Virus record (IMG/VR): IMGVR_UViG_3300045988_114939
Span: 1 to 43,074 of that record
DNA length: 43,074 bases
Direction: 5' to 3' (one strand)
Source of the DNA: a virus
The notes under the pieces: generated by a model
The model's input: the letters and a program-made list of their open reading frames with translations, nothing else
What the model was told of the DNA's origin: nothing
Database searches by the model: none
Part shown: positions 26,341 to 34,586 of the stretch, one piece after another
How the letters are laid out: each line of letters begins with the position of its first letter
Position numbering within the stretch: position 1 is the stretch's first letter
Translations under genes and position numbers: made by a program

Positions 26341-26347
26341 AAAAAAG

Positions 26348-26578
26348 ATGGAGGAACTAACTATGACGAACTTTTTGAACTTTAAGGCGGCAAAAAATTC
26401 CGACCTTTGGTGGCTTTGCATAGCCGATGCCGCAGGCGGCATTCTCGATGAGGAGGATAGTTTTTTAGCAGTTGTTGATGTAAGGGTGGGGCGTAATCTT
26501 ACGGCATGTGGCCATAAGTTCCGTATGCCTAGTTTTGATAATTTAAGTCGTGGATGGGTACGTAGAAATGTACCATAA
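26348..26578 (+). CDS. Hypothetical small protein
   Basis: 76-aa ORF with its ATG in the AAAAAAGATG context. Confidence 0.5.
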   Translation: MEELTMTNFLNFKAAKNSDLWWLCIADAAGGILDEEDSFLAVVDVRVGRNLTACGHKFRMPSFDNLSRGWVRRNVP

Positions 26579-26598
26579 AATATTTTACAAAAAGGCCA

Positions 26599-26632
26599 AT
26601 GGCGCGAGCCTTACCAAATCCGCGCCATAATT
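26599..26632 (+). terminator. Hairpin (terminator candidate)
   Basis: ATGGCGCG (26599-606) pairs with CGCGCCAT (26621-28), followed by AATTTT. Confidence 0.5.
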
Positions 26633-26648
26633 TTAAATTCAAAAAAAG

Positions 26649-26951
26649 ATGAAGAAGTATATTAGCAACGCTTTTTCCTTGCAGATGCTAGACACAAGCA
26701 AGGAGCAGAAAGTAATTATTACCCCTGTTAGTGAGGTGGAGTTTAATGGTGCAAAAACCACGGCTGTGTCTGCCGTTGGTCACCAAGATACCGCGGCCGT
26801 TTTGGGCGTTCCTTTCAATAGGATGAGCCTTAAATTAGAGCAAGGTGACGAGTTATTTGTTGCCCAACTCGTTGGCGGCCGTCTGCCAGAGGGATGCACC
26901 GAACTGCCGCAAGGATTTAAGTTCACCTACTTAAAGGTGACACTAGTCTAA
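26649..26951 (+). CDS. acrIII-1: DUF1874 family protein, AcrIII-1-like viral ring nuclease (degrades cyclic tetra-adenylate)
   Basis: 100 aa. N-terminal SNAFSLQML, VGHQDTA (conserved catalytic His region) and VAQLVGGRLPEGCTEL. These match the motif pattern recalled for SIRV1 gp29 and STIV B116. Confidence 0.6.
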   Translation: MKKYISNAFSLQMLDTSKEQKVIITPVSEVEFNGAKTTAVSAVGHQDTAAVLGVPFNRMSLKLEQGDELFVAQLVGGRLPEGCTELPQGFKFTYLKVTLV

Positions 26952-26957
26952 CATATA

Positions 26958-26983
26958 CCACTAGCTTAGCGGCTAGTGGTTTT
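26958..26983 (+). terminator. Rho-independent terminator
   Basis: CCACTAGC-TTAGCG-GCTAGTGG followed by TTTT. Confidence 0.7.
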
Positions 26984-27000
26984 GTAGTATCTAAAAAAAA

Positions 27001-27201
27001 ATGAATATGGAAAATAAAAGAGGTGGTGCGCGTAAGCGCGCAGGTAGAAAAAAGTTGGGCAAAACCTCAATTATGGTTTATCTTTCGCCAGAAAATGCCA
27101 ACTTTGTGCGAGAAATGGCAGAAAAATATTACAAAACGCTGTCTAGTACGGTGGAAGAGTTCATTGTTCAAGCGAGAGAAAGGGCGGAAAATGAGGGTTA
27201 A
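27001..27201 (+). CDS. Ribbon-helix-helix (CopG/Arc-like) DNA-binding protein
   Basis: 66 aa. Basic N-terminus (GGARKRAGRKKLGK), then a beta strand (TSIMVYLSPE) and two helices. Confidence 0.45.
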   Translation: MNMENKRGGARKRAGRKKLGKTSIMVYLSPENANFVREMAEKYYKTLSSTVEEFIVQARERAENEG

Positions 27202-27520
27202 CAAACCTAACTATGCAGAAATATCAAGGCGCAGCGTTCGCGCGGATTTTGCGCCTAGGAAATTTCAGCAGCGAGAAAAAAGAAACGAAAGGCCGCAAAG
27301 CGATGATGTACGCAGAATTGTGTTTGTGAACCCCAATAGCGGCTATTTCAAGTACAAAAACTTACTTCTAGGCAAACAAGTGCGCTTACTTCGCGAGGCC
27401 ATTCTTGGCGGTTGGTTCTGCGAGTTTTTGAACGACCACGACCGCAAGGCCGTCAATGATGCAGCAGGGTGGAGCAATGAAAAAAAAGAATACTTGTTTG
27501 ATGGGGTGAAATTCAAATAA
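27191..27520 (+). CDS. Basic hypothetical protein
   Basis: Internal ATG of the 27023..27520 ORF. The upstream part of that frame overlaps the RHH gene and is discounted. Confidence 0.45.
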   Translation: MRVNKPNYAEISRRSVRADFAPRKFQQREKRNERPQSDDVRRIVFVNPNSGYFKYKNLLLGKQVRLLREAILGGWFCEFLNDHDRKAVNDAAGWSNEKKEYLFDGVKFK

Positions 27521-27525
27521 AAAAA

Positions 27526-27615
27526 ATGAGTGACAAGTTAATAGAAAATATCTTTGGGCTTATAGCCTTTATAGTTGTTTTCGTTGTGTATTACCTAACA
27601 ATCAAAGAAAAATGA
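27526..27615 (+). CDS. 29-aa single-pass membrane peptide (MSDKLIENIFGLIAFIVVFVVYYLTIKEK)
   Basis: Translated by hand; it falls below the ORF-track size cutoff. Fills an otherwise empty gap and has an ATGA overlap with the next mini-ORF. Confidence 0.4.
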   Translation: MSDKLIENIFGLIAFIVVFVVYYLTIKEK

Positions 27616-27725
27616 AAGCTGAAAAAGGTTATAAATTGGTGTTTTGGGGGTTCGTTTTATTGACCCTTTTTTGTTACATCTACACGCTTGTAGACGTTGT
27701 TCGTTCAATCTTTAAACTTTTCTGA
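27612..27725 (+). CDS. 37-aa single-pass membrane peptide (MKAEKGYKLVFWGFVLLTLFCYIYTLVDVVRSIFKLF)
   Basis: Translated by hand. Ends 2 nt before the ssb start. Confidence 0.4.
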   Translation: MKAEKGYKLVFWGFVLLTLFCYIYTLVDVVRSIFKLF

Positions 27726-27727
27726 TT

Positions 27728-28189
27728 ATGGCAATCAACAAAGTTATATTACTAGGTAATGTAGGCAATGCGCCGAAAATGTACACTTTTGACGATGGTC
27801 GAAAAGCCGCGCAAATATCGTTGGCCACGTCAACGCCCGAATACACAAAAAAAGACGGCACAAAGGTGAATGGCGTGACAGAATGGCACAACGTGGTATT
27901 ATACACACCATTAGCCGAAATTGTAGAGAAGTACGTCCATAAGGGCGATAAACTCTATATCGAGGGGCGCAACCATTATCGAGAGTACGAGGCGAATGGC
28001 GTTAAGCAATACTTTACGGAGATTATTGCCAATAGTTTGGAGTTGTTAACGCCGAAACCAAAACAACCATCGCCAGAGCCATTCACAGCGGCCGCACCAC
28101 AACAACAGCCGGCGCAAATGGCACAAGCGCAACAAACGGCACAACCCACGCAAGCGGCGCAAGGAAATTCAGATGATTTACCATTTTAA
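27728..28189 (+). CDS. ssb: Single-stranded DNA-binding protein
   Basis: MAINKVILLGNVGNAP OB-fold opening, a Pro/Gln/Ala-rich linker, and the C-terminal acidic tip DDLPF. Confidence 0.9.
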   Translation: MAINKVILLGNVGNAPKMYTFDDGRKAAQISLATSTPEYTKKDGTKVNGVTEWHNVVLYTPLAEIVEKYVHKGDKLYIEGRNHYREYEANGVKQYFTEIIANSLELLTPKPKQPSPEPFTAAAPQQQPAQMAQAQQTAQPTQAAQGNSDDLPF

Positions 28190-28198
28190 ACAAAGGCT

Positions 28199-28705
28199 AT
28201 GCAGATAAAAATAACGGAATATGACGCACTAAAACATGATGTGTTTAGAGCGTTAAGCGTTAAGCAGCCGTTTGCCAATGATTTGGTTAATATCGCCTAT
28301 GAAGACGATGATGGCAACTCGTATGGTTTCAAAAGCATAGAAGTACGCAGCAGATGCACATCTTACAGGGGCAAATTACTGATTTGTAGTAGCCAGTCGC
28401 CAAAAATTCCAAACATGCAAAGTGGCTGTGCGCTTGGATTTGTTGAGGTGTACGGCGTTAAGCGTGTGAAAGACTTTACAGACGAAGATTGGGACAATAC
28501 GCGAATACCGCGCGCGCGCCGTTCCGAGATAAAAAGTGGCTGGGGGTGGCTTATGCGAAATCCCAAACGAGTTGTAGAACTGCCAATTAAAGGGCAATTG
28601 GGTATTTTCAATATTGCATTTGAAAAGGGCGATATAGTCGAATATCCTCGTATAGTCAAGGTTGGCCGTGATGATTTTAACTTACTTAATAAAGAAAAAA
28701 GATGA
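28199..28705 (+). CDS. ASCH/PUA-like domain protein
   Basis: ALSVKQPFANDLV, IEVRS and YRGKLLICSS pattern. Confidence 0.45.
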   Translation: MQIKITEYDALKHDVFRALSVKQPFANDLVNIAYEDDDGNSYGFKSIEVRSRCTSYRGKLLICSSQSPKIPNMQSGCALGFVEVYGVKRVKDFTDEDWDNTRIPRARRSEIKSGWGWLMRNPKRVVELPIKGQLGIFNIAFEKGDIVEYPRIVKVGRDDFNLLNKEKR

Positions 28706-28923
28706 AAGAAGAATTAGACAAAATCGACAAAGGAATTGCGGAGTTAATGGCGGCAGTAGAGTGCCAGCGCAATGCACTTAACAAGGCCGCGAGCAAAAGA
28801 AGACAAAAGATGCCGCGCAACGAAAAAGAGTTAAGCGAAAAGTTATTTGCTTGTAAAACTTATCTTCGGTTTGCGCGCACTAGTATAAATAAAGCCCTAA
28901 CAGCATCACGACAAAACAAATGA
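28702..28923 (+). CDS. Hypothetical protein
   Basis: 73-aa helical ORF with an ATGA overlap. Confidence 0.45.
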   Translation: MKEELDKIDKGIAELMAAVECQRNALNKAASKRRQKMPRNEKELSEKLFACKTYLRFARTSINKALTASRQNK

Positions 28924-28926
28924 GTT

Positions 28927-29181
28927 ATGGAATTTGAAAAAATATATTACGGGCAAATAAGGGAGTGGTTGGCAAAGAACGAAAATAACAGCATTATTGT
29001 TATAGTCAACGAATGCAAAGAAGATGGGAAAAGTGATATTTTTTCATCAATTGAGGGAAATTCACACCCTCTAATCACATCACTTGCCCAACACATAGAC
29101 AAAAGCCAATCATTCAGGAAAATTCTAAGTGATGCGCAGTATCTGTGCGCCGAGGTGAAAAAGAAGAGTAAAGAAAACTAA
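28927..29181 (+). CDS. Hypothetical protein
   Basis: 84-aa ORF. Confidence 0.45.
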   Translation: MEFEKIYYGQIREWLAKNENNSIIVIVNECKEDGKSDIFSSIEGNSHPLITSLAQHIDKSQSFRKILSDAQYLCAEVKKKSKEN

Positions 29182-29193
29182 ACAATTACGACA

Positions 29194-29550
29194 ATGATAG
29201 AACAAGAATTAGAACAAGAATACTTGCAAAAGTCGCGAGAAATTGAAAATCAAATAAAGGCTTTGTATTCAAAGCAAAAAGACTTGGATGCAGCATATAT
29301 AGAGCGTTGCGCCCCTTTTGACGTTGGCACAAAACTCGTTGCCCGTAACAAGTTCAGCAATAAAACGTTTGTCTGTTGGGTCGTTGGCTATTGTGTCCAA
29401 TTCAACAAGATTGTAATGATTTACAACGATGCTAAAAATAATGGTGAACGCTCAATGCGCCAATATAAGGCCAATACTTCAAGTTTAGAAATGCGAATTT
29501 GCGTTGATGATAAAGATAATAAAGATAGGGCGAACGGCCTTTTGTTTTAA
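29194..29550 (+). CDS. Hypothetical protein
   Basis: 118-aa ORF. A hairpin, GCCTTTTG (29537-44) pairing with CAAAAGGC (29554-61), spans its stop codon. Confidence 0.5.
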   Translation: MIEQELEQEYLQKSREIENQIKALYSKQKDLDAAYIERCAPFDVGTKLVARNKFSNKTFVCWVVGYCVQFNKIVMIYNDAKNNGERSMRQYKANTSSLEMRICVDDKDNKDRANGLLF

Positions 29551-29689
29551 CATCAAAAGGCTAGACAAAAACAAGATTGTAACGCCTTACATTTCCATTT
29601 CGGTTATTAACGGAATAGATATTTGTGTGGATATAGGGTTAGGGGCATTATTTTGGCAAGTTTGCTTGCGTTTTATATACCTCAAAAAC

Positions 29690-29720
29690 TTTGCTAAGTG
29701 AAAGAAAATCACTATATTTG
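29690..29720 (+). promoter_or_regulatory. Bacteroidota-type promoter (P6)
   Basis: TTTG at 29690-93, a 19-nt spacer, then TATATTTG at 29713-20. Confidence 0.6.
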
Positions 29721-29751
29721 CATGTAAATAAACAAGTAAAAAATAAAAAAG

Positions 29752-30333
29752 ATGATAGAAAAGAATTGGTTAACTCTAAACGAGGAGAAAAATAAAGAAA
29801 TTGCCACATTGCTCAGTAAGGTCTTTGGCGAGGATATTGAAGAGTGTATGTGTGATTTTCAGTTAACCTTTGAGAAATTCAGAGGAATGAAACTCACTAA
29901 TAGTTCTCATATCCGTCCCAATGGCGAGCCGCCTTATAGTCACAAGGATATAGAATGGGTGGCCGCAAGGGCTGTTGGCGTATTCTATCATATTGTTACT
30001 TTATGTGGGTTTGATTTTGCAAACTTGTTGTTAAACGGCATCGAACGCATAGAAAACAATATGTACAAACCAGAGAACAGGCCAAGTAATAATATACTTA
30101 ATTCCCAAAGCTATTGTTTGGAGTACGCCCAAAATGGGGTAATAGTCAAAGACGAACAAACGAGAGAAGTTAACGTTTTCGAGTTTGAAGAAAGCATTTC
30201 AAAAGCCTTGTCTATTCGCAGTGTAAGAGAGAAGTTGGGCGCGCTAATTATGTCAGATATTGAATACATCGTTAACGAGGACGATGGGAACAAATATAAA
30301 GTTGAAGTTGTTATCAAGAAAGAAGATTGCTAG
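29752..30333 (+). CDS. Hypothetical protein
   Basis: 193-aa ORF with its ATG in the AAAAAAGATG context. Confidence 0.55.
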   Translation: MIEKNWLTLNEEKNKEIATLLSKVFGEDIEECMCDFQLTFEKFRGMKLTNSSHIRPNGEPPYSHKDIEWVAARAVGVFYHIVTLCGFDFANLLLNGIERIENNMYKPENRPSNNILNSQSYCLEYAQNGVIVKDEQTREVNVFEFEESISKALSIRSVREKLGALIMSDIEYIVNEDDGNKYKVEVVIKKEDC

Positions 30334-30355
30334 TTTATTAATTATTGTTTGTAGG

Positions 30356-30386
30356 ATGGTGGAGCGCGTGAGCGTTCTGCCATTTT
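30356..30386 (+). terminator. Terminator-like hairpin
   Basis: ATGGTGGAGCG pairs with CGTTCTGCCAT: 11 bp including three G-U pairs, followed by TTTT. Confidence 0.45.
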
Positions 30387-30409
30387 CGACAAAATAAAAA
30401 ACGTACAAA

Positions 30410-31321
30410 ATGGAGCAAAAAGACAACATACAGCCAACCAATACGGAATATAGCCGCGTAAACGATGAGTTACGCGACAAGCTAGCGCATGGTGAAGACA
30501 ATGCGGAATATAACGAGTTTGTAGACAAGTTCAAGAAAAAAAGAACATCAGACGATTGTTATACGCCTACTAACGTATTTGAGGCCGTTGTCGATTGGTG
30601 TGAGAAAGAATACAATATTGACCGAAACAAGATTGTGCGGCCATTCTATCCAAATGGTGATTATAAAACATTCCAATATGGAAAGGATTGTATAGTTTTG
30701 GACAATCCGCCATTCTCTATTTTGGCGGAAATTGTGCATTTTTACGTTGAAAACAACATAAAGTTCTTTTTATTCGCTCCATCATTGACTTTGTTCAACT
30801 CGTGTACGACTTGCACGGCCGTATGTGTAGGGGCTGAAATAATCTACGAGAACAAAGCCAATATCAACACATCATTTGTGACAAACATGAATGGTAACAC
30901 GCGGTTGAGGTCTGCTCCTAGCCTTTACCAAGCGATAAAGGCGGCTAACGAGGAAAACCAAGGCAAGAAAAGGCCAATACCAAAATACAAATATCCCGCA
31001 CATGTTGTTACGGCCGCTAGCATATCATACTTATCCAAGTATGGAATAGAGTTCAGTGTTGACGAATTGGAAACGCAGAGGATAGCCGCACTAGACGAGC
31101 AACGAAAGGTTAAGAAGACGATATTTGGAAGTGGCTATTTGCTTTGCAACGAAAAGGCGCGAGAAAACGAAATATCAAGACGTTTAGCCGAGATAAATTC
31201 AGATATGAGGATATGGTATTTATCAGAGAGCGAATTAAAGAAGATAGAGGAACTAGACAGAGGACACGCAGAGTTGTTAAGAATTAGGCGTGAAGAGTTC
31301 AGGCAGATGGGGCAAGAATAG
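30410..31321 (+). CDS. N6-adenine DNA methyltransferase (orphan)
   Basis: DDCYTPTNVFEAV and VLDNPPFS (motif IV, D/N-PP-F/Y). No adjacent restriction endonuclease. Confidence 0.6.
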   Translation: MEQKDNIQPTNTEYSRVNDELRDKLAHGEDNAEYNEFVDKFKKKRTSDDCYTPTNVFEAVVDWCEKEYNIDRNKIVRPFYPNGDYKTFQYGKDCIVLDNPPFSILAEIVHFYVENNIKFFLFAPSLTLFNSCTTCTAVCVGAEIIYENKANINTSFVTNMNGNTRLRSAPSLYQAIKAANEENQGKKRPIPKYKYPAHVVTAASISYLSKYGIEFSVDELETQRIAALDEQRKVKKTIFGSGYLLCNEKARENEISRRLAEINSDMRIWYLSESELKKIEELDRGHAELLRIRREEFRQMGQE

Positions 31322-31373
31322 TCTAACATAGGTCTGAATTATACATAAACAATTAAGTAACAAGGGGTTAGTT

Positions 31374-31898
31374 ATGAAATATACGAAAGAGGTTAAGAAA
31401 ATTATCTTTGATGCAATAGCCGCAGGCGACTCGCACATACAGGCATGTGTAAAGGCAGGCATTAAAGAGCAAACGTTTTATCAGTGGCGGACACAAAAAA
31501 ATGAGTTTGCAGAGCTTGTAAAGAAAGCCCACGAAAAGCATAAAGAAAGTTTGGAGTACAAACTAGAAAATGCTTTGTGGAAAAAAGCAACTGGTTACGT
31601 TGAAACAGAAACAGAAACAGAATATGCACAAGATAAAAACGGCAATATCATTGTTAAGCGTAGGAAAGTGCGCGAAAAGCATTACTCGCCCGATACGGCC
31701 GCGCTTATATTTGCCTTATGTAACATTGCGCCGCACAAATGGAAGAACATGAGGAGCATACAAAATGAGGATATTACGGACAGGCCGAAAGAGGAAATGA
31801 ACGAATACCACTTTGAGGGCATTTCAGACGATATTTTGTGTAACATTGCCGATGCCTTGCAGGATGCTAGGGCGGAGGAAGACAATAACAAGAAATAA
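31374..31898 (+). CDS. terS: Terminase small subunit
   Basis: N-terminal HTH-like segment (IFDAIAAGDSHIQACVKAGIKEQTFYQWR). Lies upstream of terL. Confidence 0.55.
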   Translation: MKYTKEVKKIIFDAIAAGDSHIQACVKAGIKEQTFYQWRTQKNEFAELVKKAHEKHKESLEYKLENALWKKATGYVETETETEYAQDKNGNIIVKRRKVREKHYSPDTAALIFALCNIAPHKWKNMRSIQNEDITDRPKEEMNEYHFEGISDDILCNIADALQDARAEEDNNKK

Positions 31899-31910
31899 GG
31901 GGCTTTTTCA

Positions 31911-32150
31911 ATGGTAAAAGGATTTCGGATAACGCCAAAGGGGAGAAAGAAAGCCGAAAAGGCGGTGCAGCTGTGCAGAGAGTGCGCGAACGCTACATGG
32001 GTAATGAAGTGGGCGCATATCGACTTAGAGGGCAACCCAATTTGCCTAACTTGTCCATACTCAAAGGCTTACATTTTGCGCAGAACAAACGCACATGATT
32101 GTGAGCACTATGTCAAAGGCACGCCGAAAGTAGGCGAAAAAAGTTTTTAA
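31911..32150 (+). CDS. Small Cys-rich protein between terS and terL
   Basis: 79 aa with CRECANATW and CLTCPYS. Confidence 0.4.
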   Translation: MVKGFRITPKGRKKAEKAVQLCRECANATWVMKWAHIDLEGNPICLTCPYSKAYILRRTNAHDCEHYVKGTPKVGEKSF

Positions 32151-32181
32151 TTATTTTACAAACTCCCTTTATCTCCCCTTG

Positions 32182-32238
32182 GGGGCGACTGATACTAACT
32201 TGTTGATAATCAACAATAAGTATTTTTCGCCCCTTTTT
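32182..32238 (+). other. Long imperfect hairpin plus T-tract immediately upstream of terL
   Basis: The outer stem GGGGCGA (32182-88) pairs with TCGCCCC (32227-33). It encloses the 17-nt palindrome TTGTTGATAATCAACAA. TTTTT follows. Confidence 0.55.
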
Positions 32239-32255
32239 GCTTTAAATTTTACAAA

Positions 32256-33800
32256 ATGGATAAGAATAAGCTTATAAAGTCACTGTACGATAATCCTGAA
32301 TTGTTCGTGATAGCCGCGGCGCGTAAACGTCTGCTTAATTTTGCGCGCTATATACAGCCCGAATTTAGCGCAAGCGAGTTCCACAAGAATTATTATAAAG
32401 TGCTAGACTTGTTTGCGCATGGTAAGATAAAGAAACTAATAGTACAAGCACCGCCACAACATGGTAAGTCGCAAGGAAGTAGCCGTTTTTTGCCTGCCTT
32501 TATTTTAGGAATTGACCCCGAAAAACGTATTTGTATAGGCTCTTACGCGGCAACCGTGGCGCAAGACTTCAACCGCGATGTACAAAGAATAATTGATAAC
32601 GAGCGTTACGCCAAAGTCTTTCCTAATACGTGCCTTAACGGCTCGAATGTGGTTACAATCGCAAACAATAGCTTACGGAATAGCAATGTATTTGAAATAG
32701 TCGGGCATAAAGGTTCACTTCGTGTAGTAGGCCGTGGTGGAGCATTGACGAGTAAAACGGTTGATATTGCGATACTCGATGATGTGTACAAGGATTATGC
32801 AGAGGGCAATAGCCCAATAGTTCGCGATGCGGCGTGGAAGTGGTACACAACCGTTGTTCGCACACGTCTACACAACGATAGCCAAGAACTTATTGTGTTC
32901 ACTAGGTGGAATAAGGACGATATTATAGGCCGCTTAGAGAAAACAAATGAAAAAATAATTGATGTCAAAAATTGGTCAGACTTGGACAATATCCCAAACG
33001 GCGCATGGGTAAGAATAAACTATGAGGCTATTAAGACTAGTCCGCCCACCGAGATAGACCAACGTCAAGAAGATACGCCGTTATGGCCAATGCGGCACAG
33101 CCTTGCGCGCTTGAAAGAACAACAAGCGTTAGACCCAGTTCAATTCCAATGCCTACACCAAGGCAATCCAAGCAGTGCGGAGGGGCTATTATATCAGCCT
33201 TTTAAAACATGGGTTGAAAAGTCAGACTATGGCACATACATACGCAGCGGCAATTACACGGATGTGGCAGACGAGGGCAGCGACTTGTTATTTTCTGTGT
33301 GTTACGATATTTATTTATCGCCCAACAAGGCATACAACGAGCGGACGGGCAATTTTGAGCCTATTCTGTTTGCACTTGTAACGGATATGGTAGCCACGGA
33401 CGAGCCAACAGACGTCACAACAATAACTATCCCCGAAATGATTAACCGAAATGGCACGCAAAAGGCATGGATAGAGAGTAATAACGGCGGTTCGCAGTTT
33501 GAAAAGGTGGTGAAGACGAAAGTTAAGGCGTTAACAATCCCATTCCATCAGAGCAATAACAAGGAAAGCCGCATTATCACAAGTTCGGCAATGGTCAATC
33601 AAAGTATTATCATGCCGTTTGGATGGGAAAAACGTTATCCGACAATACACGAGCATTTGACGAGTTTCTTGCGTAATTTCAGAGCCAACAAACACGATGA
33701 TATAGAAGACGGCCTAACGGGAGTGTACGAAAAAGAAATCGCAACAAAAAACATACATCCGTACGGCAAGCAAACGCGTGGGGTGGTGCGGAGGAACTAG
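32256..33800 (+). CDS. terL: Terminase large subunit
   Basis: 514 aa. Walker A-like QAPPQHGKSQ, Walker B-like VDIAILDDV, and a C-terminal nuclease-like acidic motif (KHDDIEDG). Confidence 0.8.
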   Translation: MDKNKLIKSLYDNPELFVIAAARKRLLNFARYIQPEFSASEFHKNYYKVLDLFAHGKIKKLIVQAPPQHGKSQGSSRFLPAFILGIDPEKRICIGSYAATVAQDFNRDVQRIIDNERYAKVFPNTCLNGSNVVTIANNSLRNSNVFEIVGHKGSLRVVGRGGALTSKTVDIAILDDVYKDYAEGNSPIVRDAAWKWYTTVVRTRLHNDSQELIVFTRWNKDDIIGRLEKTNEKIIDVKNWSDLDNIPNGAWVRINYEAIKTSPPTEIDQRQEDTPLWPMRHSLARLKEQQALDPVQFQCLHQGNPSSAEGLLYQPFKTWVEKSDYGTYIRSGNYTDVADEGSDLLFSVCYDIYLSPNKAYNERTGNFEPILFALVTDMVATDEPTDVTTITIPEMINRNGTQKAWIESNNGGSQFEKVVKTKVKALTIPFHQSNNKESRIITSSAMVNQSIIMPFGWEKRYPTIHEHLTSFLRNFRANKHDDIEDGLTGVYEKEIATKNIHPYGKQTRGVVRRN

Positions 33801-33860
33801 CCACAGGCGCAAGAATGGCAATTTGTTTGGCATTTACTTTCATGTATGAGAAAAAAAACG

Positions 33861-33868
33861 TATATTTG
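33861..33868 (+). promoter_or_regulatory. Possible -7 box (TATATTTG) downstream of terL
   Basis: Matches TAnnTTTG, but there is no well-spaced -33 TTTG. Confidence 0.35.
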
Positions 33869-33942
33869 TCGAGTGAAACTCAATGGGTTAGAGTTTATCA
33901 GTTACAAGTTTCATAATTATTAATAATTAAACAAAAACGAAT

Positions 33943-34584
33943 ATGGCACGATTTTGTCAATGTCCGGGGCTAGCCGCTCTTAAATCAATCCCAAACGCGA
34001 CTTGTTCGGAGGGTTTCGGGCAAATCCAAAAAGTAATTTTTCAACGCTTGCGCCAAGATAACGGCAAGCCCAACGCGTTCGCAACTGAAAAGCCTATCAC
34101 GAAGTTAGCCAACTTAACGCCACTTCTTGCAGCCAATGACAGCACGAAAATAGTAGTTTCTCCCTATCTGCAAGCCCCAAGTGCAGAACCGGGAGCGGCA
34201 CGCAAGTTCGGCGGTGGCAACGACACTTTGGGCGGAATTGAAATCACCATTGGCCGAGAGCCTACCGCGTTCACGTGCGTTATCCGCAATGCCCCTCAAT
34301 CGCAGATTAAGGCAATGAAGTACCTCAGTTGCGAGACGGATGTTCAGAACCTAGGCGTATTCCTTGTAAACGAGGACGGCGCAATAGGTGCGATTAAGGA
34401 TGCCAAAGGCGTGGTTACGCCAATCCCCATTTTTAACCTGTTTATCAGTGACAAGGGATTTGGCGGATTTGAAAACCCCGACAGCAACAACGTGAGTTGG
34501 AGTTTCCTCCCCAATTGGAGCGATGATTTTGCAATAATCACGCCCGAAGACTACAACCCACTTACAGACTTGAAAAACGCGTAA
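33943..34584 (+). CDS. Hypothetical (possibly structural) protein between terL and portal
   Basis: 213-aa ORF. No motif recognised. Confidence 0.5.
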   Translation: MARFCQCPGLAALKSIPNATCSEGFGQIQKVIFQRLRQDNGKPNAFATEKPITKLANLTPLLAANDSTKIVVSPYLQAPSAEPGAARKFGGGNDTLGGIEITIGREPTAFTCVIRNAPQSQIKAMKYLSCETDVQNLGVFLVNEDGAIGAIKDAKGVVTPIPIFNLFISDKGFGGFENPDSNNVSWSFLPNWSDDFAIITPEDYNPLTDLKNA

Positions 34585-34586
34585 GT

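Noticed and set aside
27023-27190. N-terminal extension of the 165-aa ORF at 27023..27520
   Set aside because: This part lies entirely within the better-supported RHH gene (27001..27201) in another frame. The internal ATG at 27191 gives the usual short overlap with the upstream stop.
29504-29701. 65-aa + strand ORF in the 29.55-29.75 kb spacer
   Set aside because: It overlaps the 3' end of the preceding gene, spans a hairpin and a promoter-like region, and has an odd composition. It is likely a chance ORF in an intergenic regulatory region.
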